Shown here piece after piece: positions 1-8,736 of a stretch of DNA of 64,000 nucleotides (position 1 is its first letter; each line of letters starts with the position of its first letter). A program made the position numbers and the translations under genes. The stretch comes from a virus: IMG/VR virus record IMGVR_UViG_3300033145_002224, positions 1 through 64,000 of that record; one strand, written 5' to 3'. The notes under the pieces were generated by a model, which ran no database searches, was not told where the DNA came from, and saw only the letters and a list, made by a program, of their open reading frames with translations.

Positions 1-2
1 CA

Positions 3-515
3 AACCCAAATATAGAAACAACAGTAGGATACCATAAAACAAACACATGTAACACACTATCCGTAAACACAAACCCATCTACAAAAACTACTGAAGAAAT
101 AAGATTTAAAAAACCAACAACAGAAGAAGATTATGTAGATGACGAAATACCAAACACACCAGATGGAATAAGATATAAAACAATCAGAGAAACATTTAAT
201 AAAGCAGTAGACAAAATAACTGATATAATTGAATCAATAGAAGACGAAATAAATGACACAGAAGACGGTGCACATCATATAGATATACAACCAAAAATCA
301 TAGAATTTGAAGCAACCATAGAAGACGCAATTAAAGATTCAAAAGAAGCTGAAATGCAATACCATATAACAACCACAAAAATAAAAAACAATACAATAAA
401 TAACGAAGACCCATTTGCAAATATACAAAAAACAAACCTAAACTCAAACATAGAAAAAAACGAAAAACAAATACTTAACCTAGCAACTATGGGAACAAAA
501 CTATATGCCAAATAA
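3..515 (+). CDS. Acidic hypothetical protein, 5'-truncated by the window edge
   Basis: Open frame from base 3 to TAA at 513-515 (translated by hand; absent from the ORF track because it has no start). Overlaps the next ATG. Confidence 0.7.
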   Translation, partial: NPNIETTVGYHKTNTCNTLSVNTNPSTKTTEEIRFKKPTTEEDYVDDEIPNTPDGIRYKTIRETFNKAVDKITDIIESIEDEINDTEDGAHHIDIQPKIIEFEATIEDAIKDSKEAEMQYHITTTKIKNNTINNEDPFANIQKTNLNSNIEKNEKQILNLATMGTKLYAK

Positions 516-957
516 TACAACCACAAAAAATAAAACATACCCAACACCAGACCAAATAATCGCCAACAAAATACCAATAGAACCAGAAATAATAACAATG
601 ACAAAAAACTGGAAAGAATATACATGGAAAAACGCAAAAATAAATACTCAACACAAACCATTCGCATTACAATCTCTATGTTTAATGATTATCGCATACA
701 AAAAAACAAAAGGAAAAGTAAAATACATTTCAGAAGCAGAATACAGTTATAATCCAACAACTCAAACAATAATACTAAATAAACAAAATTCAATAATATC
801 AACACTGCACGAACTAGCACATCACCTATACGGACCAAATGAATACAATGCATGCCGTTGGAGTATACAATTATTTAAACTAACCTTTCCACGAGCATAT
901 AGTCTGCTAAAATTTCGCGGTCATATGTTAGTGAAACACATTAATATGAAAAAATAA
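505..957 (+). CDS. ImmA/IrrE-like zinc metallopeptidase
   Basis: STLHELAHH (HEXXH) with a downstream NEYNAC third-ligand Glu. Confidence 0.6.
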   Translation: MPNNTTTKNKTYPTPDQIIANKIPIEPEIITMTKNWKEYTWKNAKINTQHKPFALQSLCLMIIAYKKTKGKVKYISEAEYSYNPTTQTIILNKQNSIISTLHELAHHLYGPNEYNACRWSIQLFKLTFPRAYSLLKFRGHMLVKHINMKK

Positions 958-958
958 A

Positions 959-1471
959 ATGTCACAAACAAAAGAAACAAAACAAAAACAACTAACAGCA
1001 AACAACATACACATGAAAGCTTTCATACACACAACAAATGAACCAAACACACAACATCTAACAGAACAAGAAAAAGAAGAATATAACCAAATCAACTTTG
1101 AAAGCCCAGCAATAAATCTTGATATCAAAATTCCATATACAGGTTTCTACTTAAGATTTATCAAAAAGAGAAACGAAATAAATAAATGGCAACTAGATAT
1201 CATAAAAAATCCAAGAGTACCAAAAAAAAGCGAAACAAGAACAATAACAAAAGATATAACAACAGAAAACGCATGCATGCTCATTGACAAATTAATATCA
1301 AAACTTGAACAAAAAATTCAAACAAAAACAAAAACAAAATTCCCTAGAAACATTGATAGATTATCCATAACTATCTCTGCTATTCTAGAAGAAACGCTAA
1401 TAAATAATAAAAAATACCAAAACCAAAATCAAACACAAAAAATAAAAACCAAAAAAACAAAACTTAATTAA
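959..1471 (+). CDS. Hypothetical protein
   Basis: 170-aa ORF packed tightly between its neighbours, same A/C codon bias. Confidence 0.6.
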   Translation: MSQTKETKQKQLTANNIHMKAFIHTTNEPNTQHLTEQEKEEYNQINFESPAINLDIKIPYTGFYLRFIKKRNEINKWQLDIIKNPRVPKKSETRTITKDITTENACMLIDKLISKLEQKIQTKTKTKFPRNIDRLSITISAILEETLINNKKYQNQNQTQKIKTKKTKLN

Positions 1472-1490
1472 CTCATAACAAACTAACAAC

Positions 1491-1979
1491 ATGCCCAAAA
1501 ACAACAAAAACGAAACCAACAACTCAACATTAAGCACACTCTGCGACAACCTTCGCACAATTGCACGAAACATGCTAAGACTAAAAGCAATAAACAAACT
1601 AAAATACGACAAATACGAACAAGAAAAAATTGTAACTTCAAACGAAAACAAACTAACCCCAGAAAAACTTGACCTAGGAGTAAGAAAAGCAGAATATAAA
1701 CTCAGCAAACTAGACGAAGCAGACCCAAGCTATGATAAGAAAAAGAAATCCTGTGACAAAATAGTAAAACTAGAAAAGGAAACAATGAAATATAACGAAG
1801 AAGACTACAAGGAAATCATTAAAGACGCTAAAGAAGAAATCAAAGAAATCAACGAAAGAATTGAAAAGATAGATTCAGGAGAAACCAAAATGAACCACGA
1901 AGACATCTTAGAATTAAGCACCAAAATGACAAAACAATACGCAACAGAACAAGTACGAACACTTGCAAGAGTAGAGTAA
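1491..1979 (+). CDS. Coiled-coil hypothetical protein
   Basis: 162-aa E/K-rich helical ORF followed by a terminator. Confidence 0.7.
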   Translation: MPKNNKNETNNSTLSTLCDNLRTIARNMLRLKAINKLKYDKYEQEKIVTSNENKLTPEKLDLGVRKAEYKLSKLDEADPSYDKKKKSCDKIVKLEKETMKYNEEDYKEIIKDAKEEIKEINERIEKIDSGETKMNHEDILELSTKMTKQYATEQVRTLARVE

Positions 1980-2005
1980 ACATATACAATTAAATATAAA
2001 TATAA

Positions 2006-2042
2006 AGAGCCATTTGGGGTCCAAACTCAAGTGGCTTTTTTT
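2006..2042 (+). terminator. Intrinsic terminator
   Basis: GAGCCATTTG...CAAGTGGCTT stem followed by a T-run. Confidence 0.7.
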
Positions 2043-2173
2043 ATGGTCCCAAATTCCAAACAAACATACACCACAATATATATAAAAAACACCCTAGCCC
2101 TCTCTATTTGGGTTGAGGGAAACACAAAAAAAAGACAACCGCCAGCCCGGCGATCGCCTTTAAACGAAATATT

Positions 2174-2656
2174 TTATTTTTTTACAATATATACAACTAT
2201 AGATTTACTTTTAATATCAATTTTTCTCTTTGACTTCTGATACAAACCAATATAATTTTGTTCAGAAATCAGAATTGAAGATGTAGAAACCCCTTCAACC
2301 ACCGCAATATGTCCAGGACCGTCTGTTGTAATAACAACAGCACCAATTTGTGGTTGGGATGTGGTTGCCAATGTATCATTAAGACGATACATAACGGTAC
2401 TAGCCGCACCATAAACAGGCAAACCAGAACGATGTCTGGCATATGGCATACAAGAACCATTTCCACTATACCACACTTTATTCAAGTTGGCTGGTAAATG
2501 ATTCTTAAAATCGTATTTTTTAGGTGGAAAACTCTCAAAATAGAGCTCTTCCCACGTTTTTTCGCCGTCTAAACCACTCTCCATAGCTGGTAATGGCCAA
2601 AAAATGACCAGAATTAAAGCCATGATGAACAAAAAAATGCCCAATTTTTTAGGCAT
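2174..2656 (-). CDS. Secreted/membrane-anchored CHAP-domain peptidoglycan hydrolase
   Basis: N-terminal hydrophobic signal; SCMPYAR (Cys), GHIAVVE (His), SEQNY. Confidence 0.85.
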   Translation of the reverse strand: MPKKLGIFLFIMALILVIFWPLPAMESGLDGEKTWEELYFESFPPKKYDFKNHLPANLNKVWYSGNGSCMPYARHRSGLPVYGAASTVMYRLNDTLATTSQPQIGAVVITTDGPGHIAVVEGVSTSSILISEQNYIGLYQKSKRKIDIKSKSIVVYIVKK

Positions 2657-3018
2657 AAAACAAAACTTTAATAATTAGCGCAGAGGAATTGTTAAAACAC
2701 GATAAAATTGTTGCTTTTTGCAACAATAAATCGGGTATATCACTATCTCCCTGATCTAAAATCATAAAATTCCTCTAGACAGAAACGAGGCATCAGCAAA
2801 AGCAAAAGCCCCTATTCTGCTTGTTTTTACTTAATCCACTTAACTTAGTAAGGGTAGTCGTAGATTACCCCACAACATCCTACATTATCATTAAATAAAA
2901 TAAATAATAACAATAAATATTACTAACATTAGAGCCCTATATAAAGTGAGACAATTATGACTTATTGTATGCTCTCACACATATATAAAACCTTATACTA
3001 GAAATTAAATCCACCCCC

Positions 3019-3037
3019 AGTATATCATAAGTCACCT
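3019..3037 (-). promoter_or_regulatory. Class-2 promoter motif (AGGKKACTTATGNTATAMT, extended -10)
   Basis: Minus strand AGGTGACTTATGATATACT; related copies at 16168, 49187, 58840. Confidence 0.5.
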
Positions 3038-3317
3038 ATACATGTCTACTTTTCCTCCTTTTCTTCATATCCCTAATATCACCATAAGAATAATCACCCC
3101 ACCTCTTCTGTCCACCGGACAGGTCTTTGGTTTTAAGTTTACCATCTTTAAAATCAAGTATCGGAACATGTATATCCTCATTACCGGCCACCATTAATAA
3201 CAATTTTTCTTTTTCAACATCAACCCTTATCCCAACTATTTTAAAATTATATTCACCCCCAGGTTCACGATAATGTATAAGAATAATGGGGTCTTCTTTT
3301 TTAACCTTCTTCTTCAT
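3036..3317 (-). CDS. Hypothetical protein
   Basis: ORF in a tightly packed leftward operon. Confidence 0.65.
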   Translation of the reverse strand: MKKKVKKEDPIILIHYREPGGEYNFKIVGIRVDVEKEKLLLMVAGNEDIHVPILDFKDGKLKTKDLSGGQKRWGDYSYGDIRDMKKRRKSRHV

Positions 3318-3687
3318 TGTTATAATTCACCACTTTTGGATCATACACAGTTAACAAAACCTTCTGGTTGATACCAAGTTTTGAAACAAACACACATTTG
3401 AATACAAATATAAAACCATTAAAAATTTTATAAGACGTACGCCCGTATTTCCTGTTTCTTAATAATTTACAGAGCACCCTATTATTAATCTTCTCTTTAT
3501 TATACCAAGACTTAATAATAACCTTTTTTATTTTATTTTCACTAACATTAAATCGTTGTTTTATCCCTTCCTCTGCATGTTTTGTTATAAGAAATTCTGG
3601 AGGAAGTCTTGTTTCATATTCTACCCCCCATGACTTACAATATGTAACAGCCCAACGAATAATTATCTTTTTTATTTTCTTAACCAT
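3301..3687 (-). CDS. Hypothetical phage protein
   Basis: Overlapping operon ORF; ITKHAEEGIKQRF...LLTVY pattern loosely resembles RelE/BrnT-fold proteins. Confidence 0.6.
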   Translation of the reverse strand: MVKKIKKIIIRWAVTYCKSWGVEYETRLPPEFLITKHAEEGIKQRFNVSENKIKKVIIKSWYNKEKINNRVLCKLLRNRKYGRTSYKIFNGFIFVFKCVFVSKLGINQKVLLTVYDPKVVNYNNEEEG

Positions 3688-3943
3688 AAACTAATTTATA
3701 ATATATAATTATAACCGTCATCATTAACACCAAAATATTAGTAATAAAAATTACTTTATTCTTCTCCATAAATCCATAGCAAGACCATAGCATCACCTCT
3801 AGAGCTATAATAATAAATGTTAATAATGCTAACGCCTCTGTCTCTTTTGTAAGAATAACCTTAATCATCTGTGGAACAAAAGCAAATACTGTTAATGTCC
3901 CAGCAGAAACTCCAAAAAAATTCTTTATATACTTTCTATTCAT
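3680..3943 (-). CDS. SemiSWEET / PQ-loop sugar transporter
   Basis: 87 aa, three TM helices, AFVPQMIK PQ motif, LWSCYG, ITN. Confidence 0.85.
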   Translation of the reverse strand: MNRKYIKNFFGVSAGTLTVFAFVPQMIKVILTKETEALALLTFIIIALEVMLWSCYGFMEKNKVIFITNILVLMMTVIIIYYKLVYG

Positions 3944-3944
3944 A

Positions 3945-4616
3945 TTATTCTTTTACACGACTAGGAGCAATTCTTGTACGATAGTTTCTACGAGCTTTCA
4001 TTCGCAAAGATTCTGCTATCAATGGATCTTGACTTCTAAGTTTTATTTCTTCCTTACGTTTTTCTTTGTTAATTATATTATATTTTTTATGATACTTCCT
4101 TTGTTTTTCCACATAAAGAGCGTACCTCTTTTCATCTAGGCGCAACTTAACATGATATTTTCGAATAACCTCTTGATGCTTTCGTCTTATTTCTGGACAC
4201 TCATATCTATCTGCCTGATAACATCTAGCACAAAAACCCTTACTATGATATGGCCTTTTTGTACTATTACATCGAAGACAGGCATCATACTCCCAATGCC
4301 AACGAAAACCAAGCTCAACTTCCTTTTTACGTTTATGTTTAAATTCACGCTTCTCTAAATAATCATCCCCATACTTTTCTTTTCTTTTATTTTCTGCATC
4401 AATTTTTTTAAAATTTCTAACTTTCACTGATATTTTTGTAGCGACATCCCTACCAATTTCTTTATAAACAATTTGCCTACACCTCTCCCTGGTCATATTA
4501 TACAATCTAGCTATCTCAGCCATATTAAATAGTTCGCGCTTAAATAGTGCTATTATTTCAGCATTACGAATATAAAATTGTTTATGGCCTAACTGTCTCT
4601 TTTTTCTTTTTTTCAT
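3945..4616 (-). CDS. Sigma70-region-4-like HTH protein with Cys4 zinc-binding motif
   Basis: MAEIARLYNMTRERCRQI HTH; CLRC...HSKGFCARCY. Confidence 0.65.
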   Translation of the reverse strand: MKKRKKRQLGHKQFYIRNAEIIALFKRELFNMAEIARLYNMTRERCRQIVYKEIGRDVATKISVKVRNFKKIDAENKRKEKYGDDYLEKREFKHKRKKEVELGFRWHWEYDACLRCNSTKRPYHSKGFCARCYQADRYECPEIRRKHQEVIRKYHVKLRLDEKRYALYVEKQRKYHKKYNIINKEKRKEEIKLRSQDPLIAESLRMKARRNYRTRIAPSRVKE

Positions 4617-4909
4617 ATAAATTTTTTATCAATAAATTTTATTTTCTTTTTACCACAACCAGAGCACTCATAATAGAATATATCAGTAGAATCTTTCATC
4701 CACTCTGGTAATTTTTTTTCAGAAACCTTTTTAAAATCGTGCTCACCCTTGAGTCGTTTACAGGGGAACTTACCTTTAGCCGGACGAGCTTTCACCTTAT
4801 TATTCTCTAAATAACCAAGATTCTTTTTATTCTTTTTATGTTGCTTATAATCTTTTTCTAATTTTCCTAGTCTCCACTTCGCGAGACCATCTCTTCTCTT
4901 CTTACTCAT
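4613..4909 (-). CDS. Basic hypothetical protein with zinc-ribbon-like C/H residues
   Basis: PCKRLKGEHDF...YECSGCGKK. Confidence 0.6.
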   Translation of the reverse strand: MSKKRRDGLAKWRLGKLEKDYKQHKKNKKNLGYLENNKVKARPAKGKFPCKRLKGEHDFKKVSEKKLPEWMKDSTDIFYYECSGCGKKKIKFIDKKFI

Positions 4910-5012
4910 ATTACACCTATTTAAATTTAAAAATTATAGTTGTCCCTGCCTGGAAGATGGTGAGCCTGCCAGGGCTTCTGTCACCACCAGGCGTCCCTAT
5001 GTGGCTACATTG

Positions 5013-5086
5013 TGGAGAGAGTTGGACTTGAACCAACGACACCCAATTCTTCAAATTGGTGCTACTACCAGCTGAGCTACCTCTCC
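5013..5086 (-). tRNA. tRNA-Phe (GAA)
   Basis: Cloverleaf: acceptor GGAGAGG/TCTCTCC, anticodon arm CCAAT-TTGAAGA-ATTGG, T-arm GTTGG-TTCAAGT-CCAAC. Confidence 0.9.
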
Positions 5087-5186
5087 TAAAAATCAGCAAA
5101 TATTATACAAGAAGCAAATAATGCAGCTATAAAATAAAACATTGCCAATATATAATCGAACTCTTTAATAAAAGTAATTATTTTTT

Positions 5187-5678
5187 TCATAACTGTTCTA
5201 CGGTTACATTTTTAAGCACACCCAGCCTTAAATCAGCGATTGCAGAAAACGAGGCACTAGATAAATCTATAATTCTTTCTGGAAAAATATCAAAAGATGG
5301 TCCAAAATCAGTTATTTTGCATTCAACAGTTTTGCCGTTGTCTAGGTTAGTGACAAGGACATATGAATATCTCTCAAAATCCCTGGTAGCACAAACATAA
5401 TGTCCTACAGAACTCCAGCCAGAATTCAATACATAATCATAATAACTGGCCTCTCCGGCTAATTTTAGTGGAATACTCTCCATTTCTTCGATTTCTTCTT
5501 CGGGTACAATTTCATCCACAGAACGATTTTGCACCTTTTCTATCTCCATTGGATACATCGCCTCCATCTCTGACTTAAAATTTGTATTAAAGATAAACAA
5601 CACTCCAAGCACTAATATTATCATAGAAGATAAAACTATCAGGCCAGAAGCAACGTACTCTTTTTTATTTTTGTACAT
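5187..5678 (-). CDS. RlpA-like double-psi beta-barrel lytic transglycosylase, membrane anchored
   Basis: N-terminal TM; GEASYY, VLVTNLDNGKTVECKITDFGP, RIIDLS. Confidence 0.85.
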   Translation of the reverse strand: MYKNKKEYVASGLIVLSSMIILVLGVLFIFNTNFKSEMEAMYPMEIEKVQNRSVDEIVPEEEIEEMESIPLKLAGEASYYDYVLNSGWSSVGHYVCATRDFERYSYVLVTNLDNGKTVECKITDFGPSFDIFPERIIDLSSASFSAIADLRLGVLKNVTVEQL

Positions 5679-5877
5679 ATAAAATTTCGTCTATGATCTT
5701 TAAGAAATTTCTTAAATAATCACGTTTAATTTGTAATTCTATTTTATATTTTGGACAACGCTCATTAAGCTCTCTTTGTATAATACCAGCTAACACCCTT
5801 AATTCCTTTTTTGTCAGTCCGACATAATAACGTTCCTCTCCCTTGTTGCCCGCCGCACCAACCTTTTCTATTTTCAT
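5665..5877 (-). CDS. Hypothetical protein
   Basis: Operon-packed ORF. Confidence 0.55.
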   Translation of the reverse strand: MKIEKVGAAGNKGEERYYVGLTKKELRVLAGIIQRELNERCPKYKIELQIKRDYLRNFLKIIDEILYVQK

Positions 5878-5878
5878 A

Positions 5879-6232
5879 TTATTGTTTTAACTCCTCTTGT
5901 TCTTTTTTAATTATTATTATCATTTTACCATGTGCTGCTAAAAATAAAGCATCACATAACTGATCAGCAGAAACAACACCACCATAACCATCAACATCTG
6001 TATATACGCCATAATCTACACCATTAAAATCAATTTTTACTAAATCATTTCCCAAAAATTCTATCAACTCACCAATAGTAAATTTAGGATAATCTAATTG
6101 ATTGCCGATTTTCATAGACCCAAGTGCTTCACTACGTTCAACACCTCTGATTTTAAATCTAATTAATTTCTTCTCATCCCCAGTAAGTTGATTCCACTGT
6201 TGAAATGATATATATTGTTTAATTCTTTTCAT
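5879..6232 (-). CDS. Hypothetical phage protein
   Basis: Operon-packed ORF; FTIGELIEFL...LCDALF. Confidence 0.65.
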   Translation of the reverse strand: MKRIKQYISFQQWNQLTGDEKKLIRFKIRGVERSEALGSMKIGNQLDYPKFTIGELIEFLGNDLVKIDFNGVDYGVYTDVDGYGGVVSADQLCDALFLAAHGKMIIIIKKEQEELKQ

Positions 6233-6526
6233 ATAGATATACTAATAAACTGTCTTATTGCTAAAGCAATAAATATAATAGCGATAATATAGCCTATAGT
6301 TTTTATTATTTTTAATATCATATTATTCCATACCCTTATCGTGTTGTTCTTCTTCTTCTAAGTCTTTTTTTAATTCTTTATTAATCCAAAGTATCCAAGT
6401 TGCAACACCAGCGAGAAAAATAATAAAGATAATTATATTAGTCTCCACCATATTTTTGTTTATTTTTAATTATTAATTAGTTTATAGTTCTCCTTATTTA
6501 TCTTTATAGGGGTTGGTTATCTTCTT

Positions 6527-6706
6527 TCATTCTTTTATCTCTAAAGCATTTAATGATTTTTTAAGGAATTGTTTAATATCTTGTTTTAATAACTGACAGG
6601 GGCAACTAAAACTATATGAAATACGACATTTATTGCATAAAAATCTTCTTTCAAATTTCTCATCAAATTCCTTTAATATATTGTTTATTGTTTCTTCTTT
6701 ATTCAT
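6527..6706 (-). CDS. Small hypothetical protein (start moved to ATG 6706, downstream of the tRNA)
   Basis: MNKEETINNILKEFDEKF...; the longer ORF-track start falls inside the tRNA. Confidence 0.55.
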   Translation of the reverse strand: MNKEETINNILKEFDEKFERRFLCNKCRISYSFSCPCQLLKQDIKQFLKKSLNALEIKE

Positions 6707-6716
6707 ATATTTATAT

Positions 6717-6790
6717 TGGAACTCCGTGAAGGTACCGCCCCCTCGATAACTGTACACAAAACAGTGGTTATACTATTTAACTAACGGAGC
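6717..6790 (-). tRNA. tRNA-Thr (TGT)-like with non-canonical T-loop and encoded CCA
   Basis: GCTCCGT/ACGGAGT-T-CCA acceptor, D arm GTTA/TAAC, anticodon arm ACTGT-TTTGTGT-ACAGT, T arm GAGGG-GGCGGTA-CCTTC. Confidence 0.7.
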
Positions 6791-7294
6791 TTATAAATTT
6801 ATAAACCTTTCTAATAGTACTGGTTCATAATTTAAATTTTCCAGAACGAAACACTTGTGCTTTTCAGTTAAACGTCTCTTAAGATATGGCTCCTGATTTT
6901 TAATATCACCATTATGAAAATGCCCGAATACATTATAATCATAATTACCATTATCTTGTGGAGTATGAGAAAATAAAATCCTTTTACCAAAATAAGTATC
7001 AGTAAATTCTCTTGCTATAAAATCCCAGCCATGACTTAAATAAAAATTATTCGACTTATGATCATGATTTCCCCGGACAAGCCACTTCTTGCACGGTAAC
7101 GGGAGAATATACTTATTGTGTAACTTTTCACTATCTCCAATACAAACATCTCCAAGGTTGATTAATAAATCATCATGCTTAAGTAACCTTAAACAATTTT
7201 TTAAGATCAACTCATCAAAATTTTCTGGACGCCCACAATACTCCAACATTTTTGAATGTCCATGATGGTTGTCGCTAATTATAAAAACTCTCAT
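6791..7294 (-). CDS. Calcineurin-like metallophosphoesterase
   Basis: SDNHHGH, LGDV, RGNHD, FSHTP, GHFH motifs. Confidence 0.9.
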   Translation of the reverse strand: MRVFIISDNHHGHSKMLEYCGRPENFDELILKNCLRLLKHDDLLINLGDVCIGDSEKLHNKYILPLPCKKWLVRGNHDHKSNNFYLSHGWDFIAREFTDTYFGKRILFSHTPQDNGNYDYNVFGHFHNGDIKNQEPYLKRRLTEKHKCFVLENLNYEPVLLERFINL

Positions 7295-7464
7295 ATTATT
7301 TTATTAATATCCACCTCGTCATCTTTAAATATCTCCCGCCAAGGCGTACACCCAACATCCCCTAGCTCAATATCGTCTTTATTTAATTTATTGGTTGGCT
7401 GCCCACAAGTGGGGCAAACACAATTATTACACTCATCTATTGCTTTGTCTTTTGTTTTACTCAT
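7291..7464 (-). CDS. Small Cys-rich protein (57 aa)
   Basis: Hand translation MSKTKDKAIDECNNCVCPTCGQP...; ATGA overlap with the next gene; directly behind a promoter. Confidence 0.6.
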   Translation of the reverse strand: MSKTKDKAIDECNNCVCPTCGQPTNKLNKDDIELGDVGCTPWREIFKDDEVDINKII

Positions 7465-7492
7465 ATTATTTTATTTATATTACTTATATTAT

Positions 7493-7551
7493 TTATCCAC
7501 ACCCGATATAATCAGTATAGCAAACATTTTAACACTTGTCAAGTGGATAAC
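7493..7551 (-). promoter_or_regulatory. Class-1 sigma70 promoter with DnaA-box-like element fused to -35
   Basis: Minus strand GTTATCCAC-TTGACA-17 nt-TATACT; perfect TTATCCACA at 7493-7501. Confidence 0.75.
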
Positions 7552-7588
7552 TTTTTATATTTAAAAAAAGAGCTATTATTAGCCCTTT

Positions 7589-8215
7589 TTATACTACTAT
7601 CATATATGTTTTCAAGTCAAATATGATTTTTTCTGGTACTTTTTCTTTTTTAATCAATTTCTTAACCAAACTGCCTATAATTCCACCTATAACAGATGTA
7701 TTATAAACAATAGACCGAGCTGTGCATGGATCTCTATCAACACGATCGGGGGATGTCAGCGTTTTTCTCCACTCATCATTATTCTTACAAATATATAATT
7801 CCATTTGCTCAAGACCCATCCTGGCATCTATCACATAATCAAAACTAGAATTATTATTAGCTAAACGAATACGTTCTTTCATGCTATCTACCGCTATTAT
7901 TAAAATACTGGTAGTTGTTTTGTTAAATTGCTCATTTACATAATTTATCGTCTCACCCGTGAATTCTTTGATTGCCTTCGTGAGTGCTGTAACCTTTGCC
8001 TGGCCTGGCGAATTTTGTAAGAAGAACTGGGAAGGGAGATTGTGGGGTTCAACTCTGTCAGAGTCGTAAACGGTAAGTCGTTTAACTCCGAGCTTGGCAA
8101 GAATCGCGGCTGTCCATGAACCAATGCCTCCGGCCCCAACAATGATGATTGGTGTATTCTCTGTCTCTTCTGGCATGAGAACGTCCTCCTGCCTAATATA
8201 GTTTGTCTTGGACAT
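7589..8215 (-). CDS. ThiF/MoeB/E1-like ubiquitin-like-protein activating enzyme
   Basis: IVGAGGIGS Rossmann loop, YDSDRVEPHNLPSQ, GQAKV, AVDSMKER, IDARMG; candidate catalytic Cys in DPCTARS. Confidence 0.92.
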   Translation of the reverse strand: MSKTNYIRQEDVLMPEETENTPIIIVGAGGIGSWTAAILAKLGVKRLTVYDSDRVEPHNLPSQFFLQNSPGQAKVTALTKAIKEFTGETINYVNEQFNKTTTSILIIAVDSMKERIRLANNNSSFDYVIDARMGLEQMELYICKNNDEWRKTLTSPDRVDRDPCTARSIVYNTSVIGGIIGSLVKKLIKKEKVPEKIIFDLKTYMIVV

Positions 8216-8736
8216 AAATCTAATACTTTATTTTTTACATCTTTTTTACATTTATTAAATATATTTAAATCAAAATTTTTACCACCTTGCAAATTTCCTA
8301 TTTTTATATCTTCTGCAACGACCCTAACCGGCTTAAAAACATCAAGTCTACATAAATAATCACCTCGTTTATTAATCACTAATGAAAAACCATATCCGCC
8401 AGAAGAAAATTGTTCTATTTCATGTATATCAGTAGGTGACCAAAATACACTCATATTAGCATGGCTGTGCCACCACATACACATATCCTTTAGTCTTGGT
8501 GAATCATTCTTTATAAAATCTGTCACCTCCTCGGCGAGTGCCTCTTCTATTAATTTTGTCCTTAGAGGTGAACATATCTGATCATAAATACGAATATCAT
8601 AACAATATAAAACATTATGATTGGTTGGATGCTGTTTTAAAAATCCCATCCCAGAAATCTCATTATCCGCAAAATGGACATAATTTTTGAGCTTAAGATA
8701 TGCCTCTTTACTAAATATTATTTTCATTTTCTCCAT
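7945..8736 (-). CDS. JAB/MPN+ (JAMM) isopeptidase
   Basis: NEISGMG (Glu), WWHSHANMSVFWSPTD (HxH-x7-S-x2-D); C-terminal tail overlaps E1 by 271 nt. Confidence 0.9.
   Translation of the reverse strand: MEKMKIIFSKEAYLKLKNYVHFADNEISGMGFLKQHPTNHNVLYCYDIRIYDQICSPLRTKLIEEALAEEVTDFIKNDSPRLKDMCMWWHSHANMSVFWSPTDIHEIEQFSSGGYGFSLVINKRGDYLCRLDVFKPVRVVAEDIKIGNLQGGKNFDLNIFNKCKKDVKNKVLDLCPRQTILGRRTFSCQKRQRIHQSSLLGPEALVHGQPRFLPSSELNDLPFTTLTELNPTISLPSSSYKIRQARQRLQHSRRQSKNSRVRR

Noticed and set aside
275-1708. Hydrophobic minus-strand ORFs (275, 928, 1397)
   Set aside because: Shadows caused by the A/C skew of the real + strand genes
4917-5099. 60-aa ORF
   Set aside because: Overlaps tRNA-Phe and the hairpin entirely
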